Both the position numbers and the translations under genes were made by a program. From an uncultured Coriobacteriia bacterium (lineage in GTDB: Bacteria > Actinomycetota > Coriobacteriia > Anaerosomatales > PALSA-660): 58,150 bases of DNA. The DNA lies in the NCBI GenBank assembly GCA_903831865.1, contig CAIKZH010000003.1, forward strand, positions 1 to 58,150. The letters are read 5' to 3'. Shown here one piece after another: positions 56,967 to 58,150 of this stretch (position 1 is the stretch's first letter; the number at the start of each line of letters is the position of its first letter). The notes below the pieces were generated by a model. That model saw nothing but the letters and a program-made list of their open reading frames with translations. It made no database searches and had not been told where the DNA came from.

Positions 56967-57133
56967 GTGACGCGGATTGACGAGCTCAACGATCAGGCGC
57001 GCAAGACTCTCGACAAGATCGAGACGAACTTGGAGGCGCACTCAACGTCGATGGCTGCGACAGCGAACGTGGGAATCACTCTCGGGACCGCGCTCGCCGC
57101 TGGGTTGGCCATACTGGCCAAAGACGTCATCCC
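56967..57133 (+). pseudogene. Membrane protein gene truncated by the IS3 element
   Basis: GTG start after GGGGG; hydrophobic segment runs into the IS end. Confidence 0.4.
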
Positions 57134-57203
57134 TGAAACGCCCCGGGTTTGACGGAGGCTCCGTTTCCAGGATTACTTGATCCCGGAGAAAGGAGTCGGA
57201 CCT

Positions 57204-57506
57204 GTGGCACGACCTTCGAAGTACCCGCCCGAGTTCCGTGAGCGCTGTGTCAGGATCGCCCGGGAGTCCGAGCGCCCGATCGCCGCGGTGGCGCGTGATC
57301 TGGGCATGCACCACGAGACCTTGCGGCTGTGGGTGCGCCAGGACGAGGCCGACGACGGCACGCGCTCGGATCGCCTCACCACCGCCGAGCGCGAGGAGCT
57401 CACGGCTCTGCGGCGCGAGAACCGCGACCTGAAGAGGTCCAACGAGATCCTGAAGGCGGCGAGCGTGTTTTTCGCCCGCGAACTCGACCAGCCCCGTCCG
57501 AGGTGA
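57204..57506 (+). CDS. IS3 transposase OrfA
   Basis: KYPPEFRERCV...VARDLG...ETLRLWVRQ...LRRENRDLKRSNEILKAASVFFA. Confidence 0.9.
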   Translation: MARPSKYPPEFRERCVRIARESERPIAAVARDLGMHHETLRLWVRQDEADDGTRSDRLTTAEREELTALRRENRDLKRSNEILKAASVFFARELDQPRPR

Positions 57507-58093
57507 GCGCGTTCGTCGACGCGAATCGCGAGCACTTCGGGGTCGAGCCGATCTGCCGGGAGATAGAGGCTTCCGCGAGTGCGTATAGGGCGAGGCGGAC
57601 CAGACCACCGTCTGCTCGCTCGCTGCGAGACATCCGGTTGCTGGCCGAGATCCGCCGCGTGCACGCTGACTCTGACGGCATCTATGGCCAGTTCAAGATC
57701 TGGGACGAGCTCAACGCCCGGGGCACGACAGTCGCCCGCTGCACCGTCGAGAGGCTGATGCGCGCCCACGGCATCGCGGGAGTCTCCAACGGCCCTGTCT
57801 GCCGCACGACCATCCCCGGCCCGTCTCCCAGCGCCGCTCCCGATCTCGTGCGCCGTGACTTCTCCGCCGATCGCCCCGATCAGGTGTGGCTCTCGGACTT
57901 CACCTACATCCGCACCTGGGAGGGCTGGAGCTACCTGGCCATCGTGCTCGACGTGCACACGAGGCGCATCGTCGGCTGGCAGCTCGCGAGCCACATGCGC
58001 CAGTCGCTCGTCACCGACGCCTTCGACATGGCGCTGTCAGCACGACAGGAGCACGACGGCGGACTCATCGCCCACTCCGACAACGGGAGCCAG
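57503..58093 (+). pseudogene. IS3 transposase OrfB, interrupted
   Basis: FGVEPIC, VARCTVERLM, WLSDFTYI, HSDNGSQ, then foreign sequence. Confidence 0.85.
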
Positions 58094-58150
58094 GGTGAAA
58101 TCAAGCGGTCGTCGCAACACCTCGAGAGCGAGGAGTTGCGATGGATCGAG
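58094..58150 (+). mobile_element. Left end of an IS30-like element inserted in IS3 orfB
   Basis: GGTGAAATCAAGCGGTCGTCGCAACAC directly after the HSDxGSQ codons. Confidence 0.7.

Larger units (their letters stand above)
38916..57133. mobile_element. Satellite-like (PICI/PICMI-like) island with defence-type cargo; right end not seen
   Basis: int, divergent HTH-xis-rep-HNH, cos-like copies, no capsid or tail genes. Confidence 0.7.
57134..58093 (+). mobile_element. IS3-family (IS51/IS6110-like) element, left part
   Basis: IRL TGAAACGCCCCGGGTTTGACGGAG; orfA and orfB overlap at GTGA 57503-57506. Confidence 0.92.

Noticed and set aside
1-58150. Composite transposon formed by the two terminal IS3 pieces
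   Set aside because: The left IRR (GGGGCAACTCC) does not complement the right IRL (TGAAACGCCCCGG), so they are different elements

Overview
High-GC, probably actinobacterial accessory region made of two integrated elements placed back to back around a duplicated 3' half of tRNA-Arg(CCT) at 38868-38915. (1) Left: an HK97-type siphovirus prophage, mostly on the minus strand. It has integrase and repressor, early recombination/replication genes, HNH, a ParB-methyltransferase, packaging, head, tail and lysis genes. A ~6 kb metabolic/surface-modification cargo block (thiolase, DUF35-hydroxyacyl-CoA dehydrogenase, HGSNAT-like acyltransferase, exported beta-propeller) sits just upstream of its cos-like site. 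An IS3-disrupted methyltransferase locus with a divergent NucS-RAMA nuclease lies at the far left. (2) Right: a capsid-less, satellite-like island (integrase, HTH, excisionase, replication protein). It carries copies of the prophage cos-like motif, HNH gene, cos-adjacent zinc-finger gene and a peptidase gene end. Its cargo is mostly defence-like genes, several delimited by integron attC-like sites, although no integron integrase is visible. The window ends in an IS3 element interrupted by an IS30-like element. All calls come from reading motifs by eye; no database searches were run.
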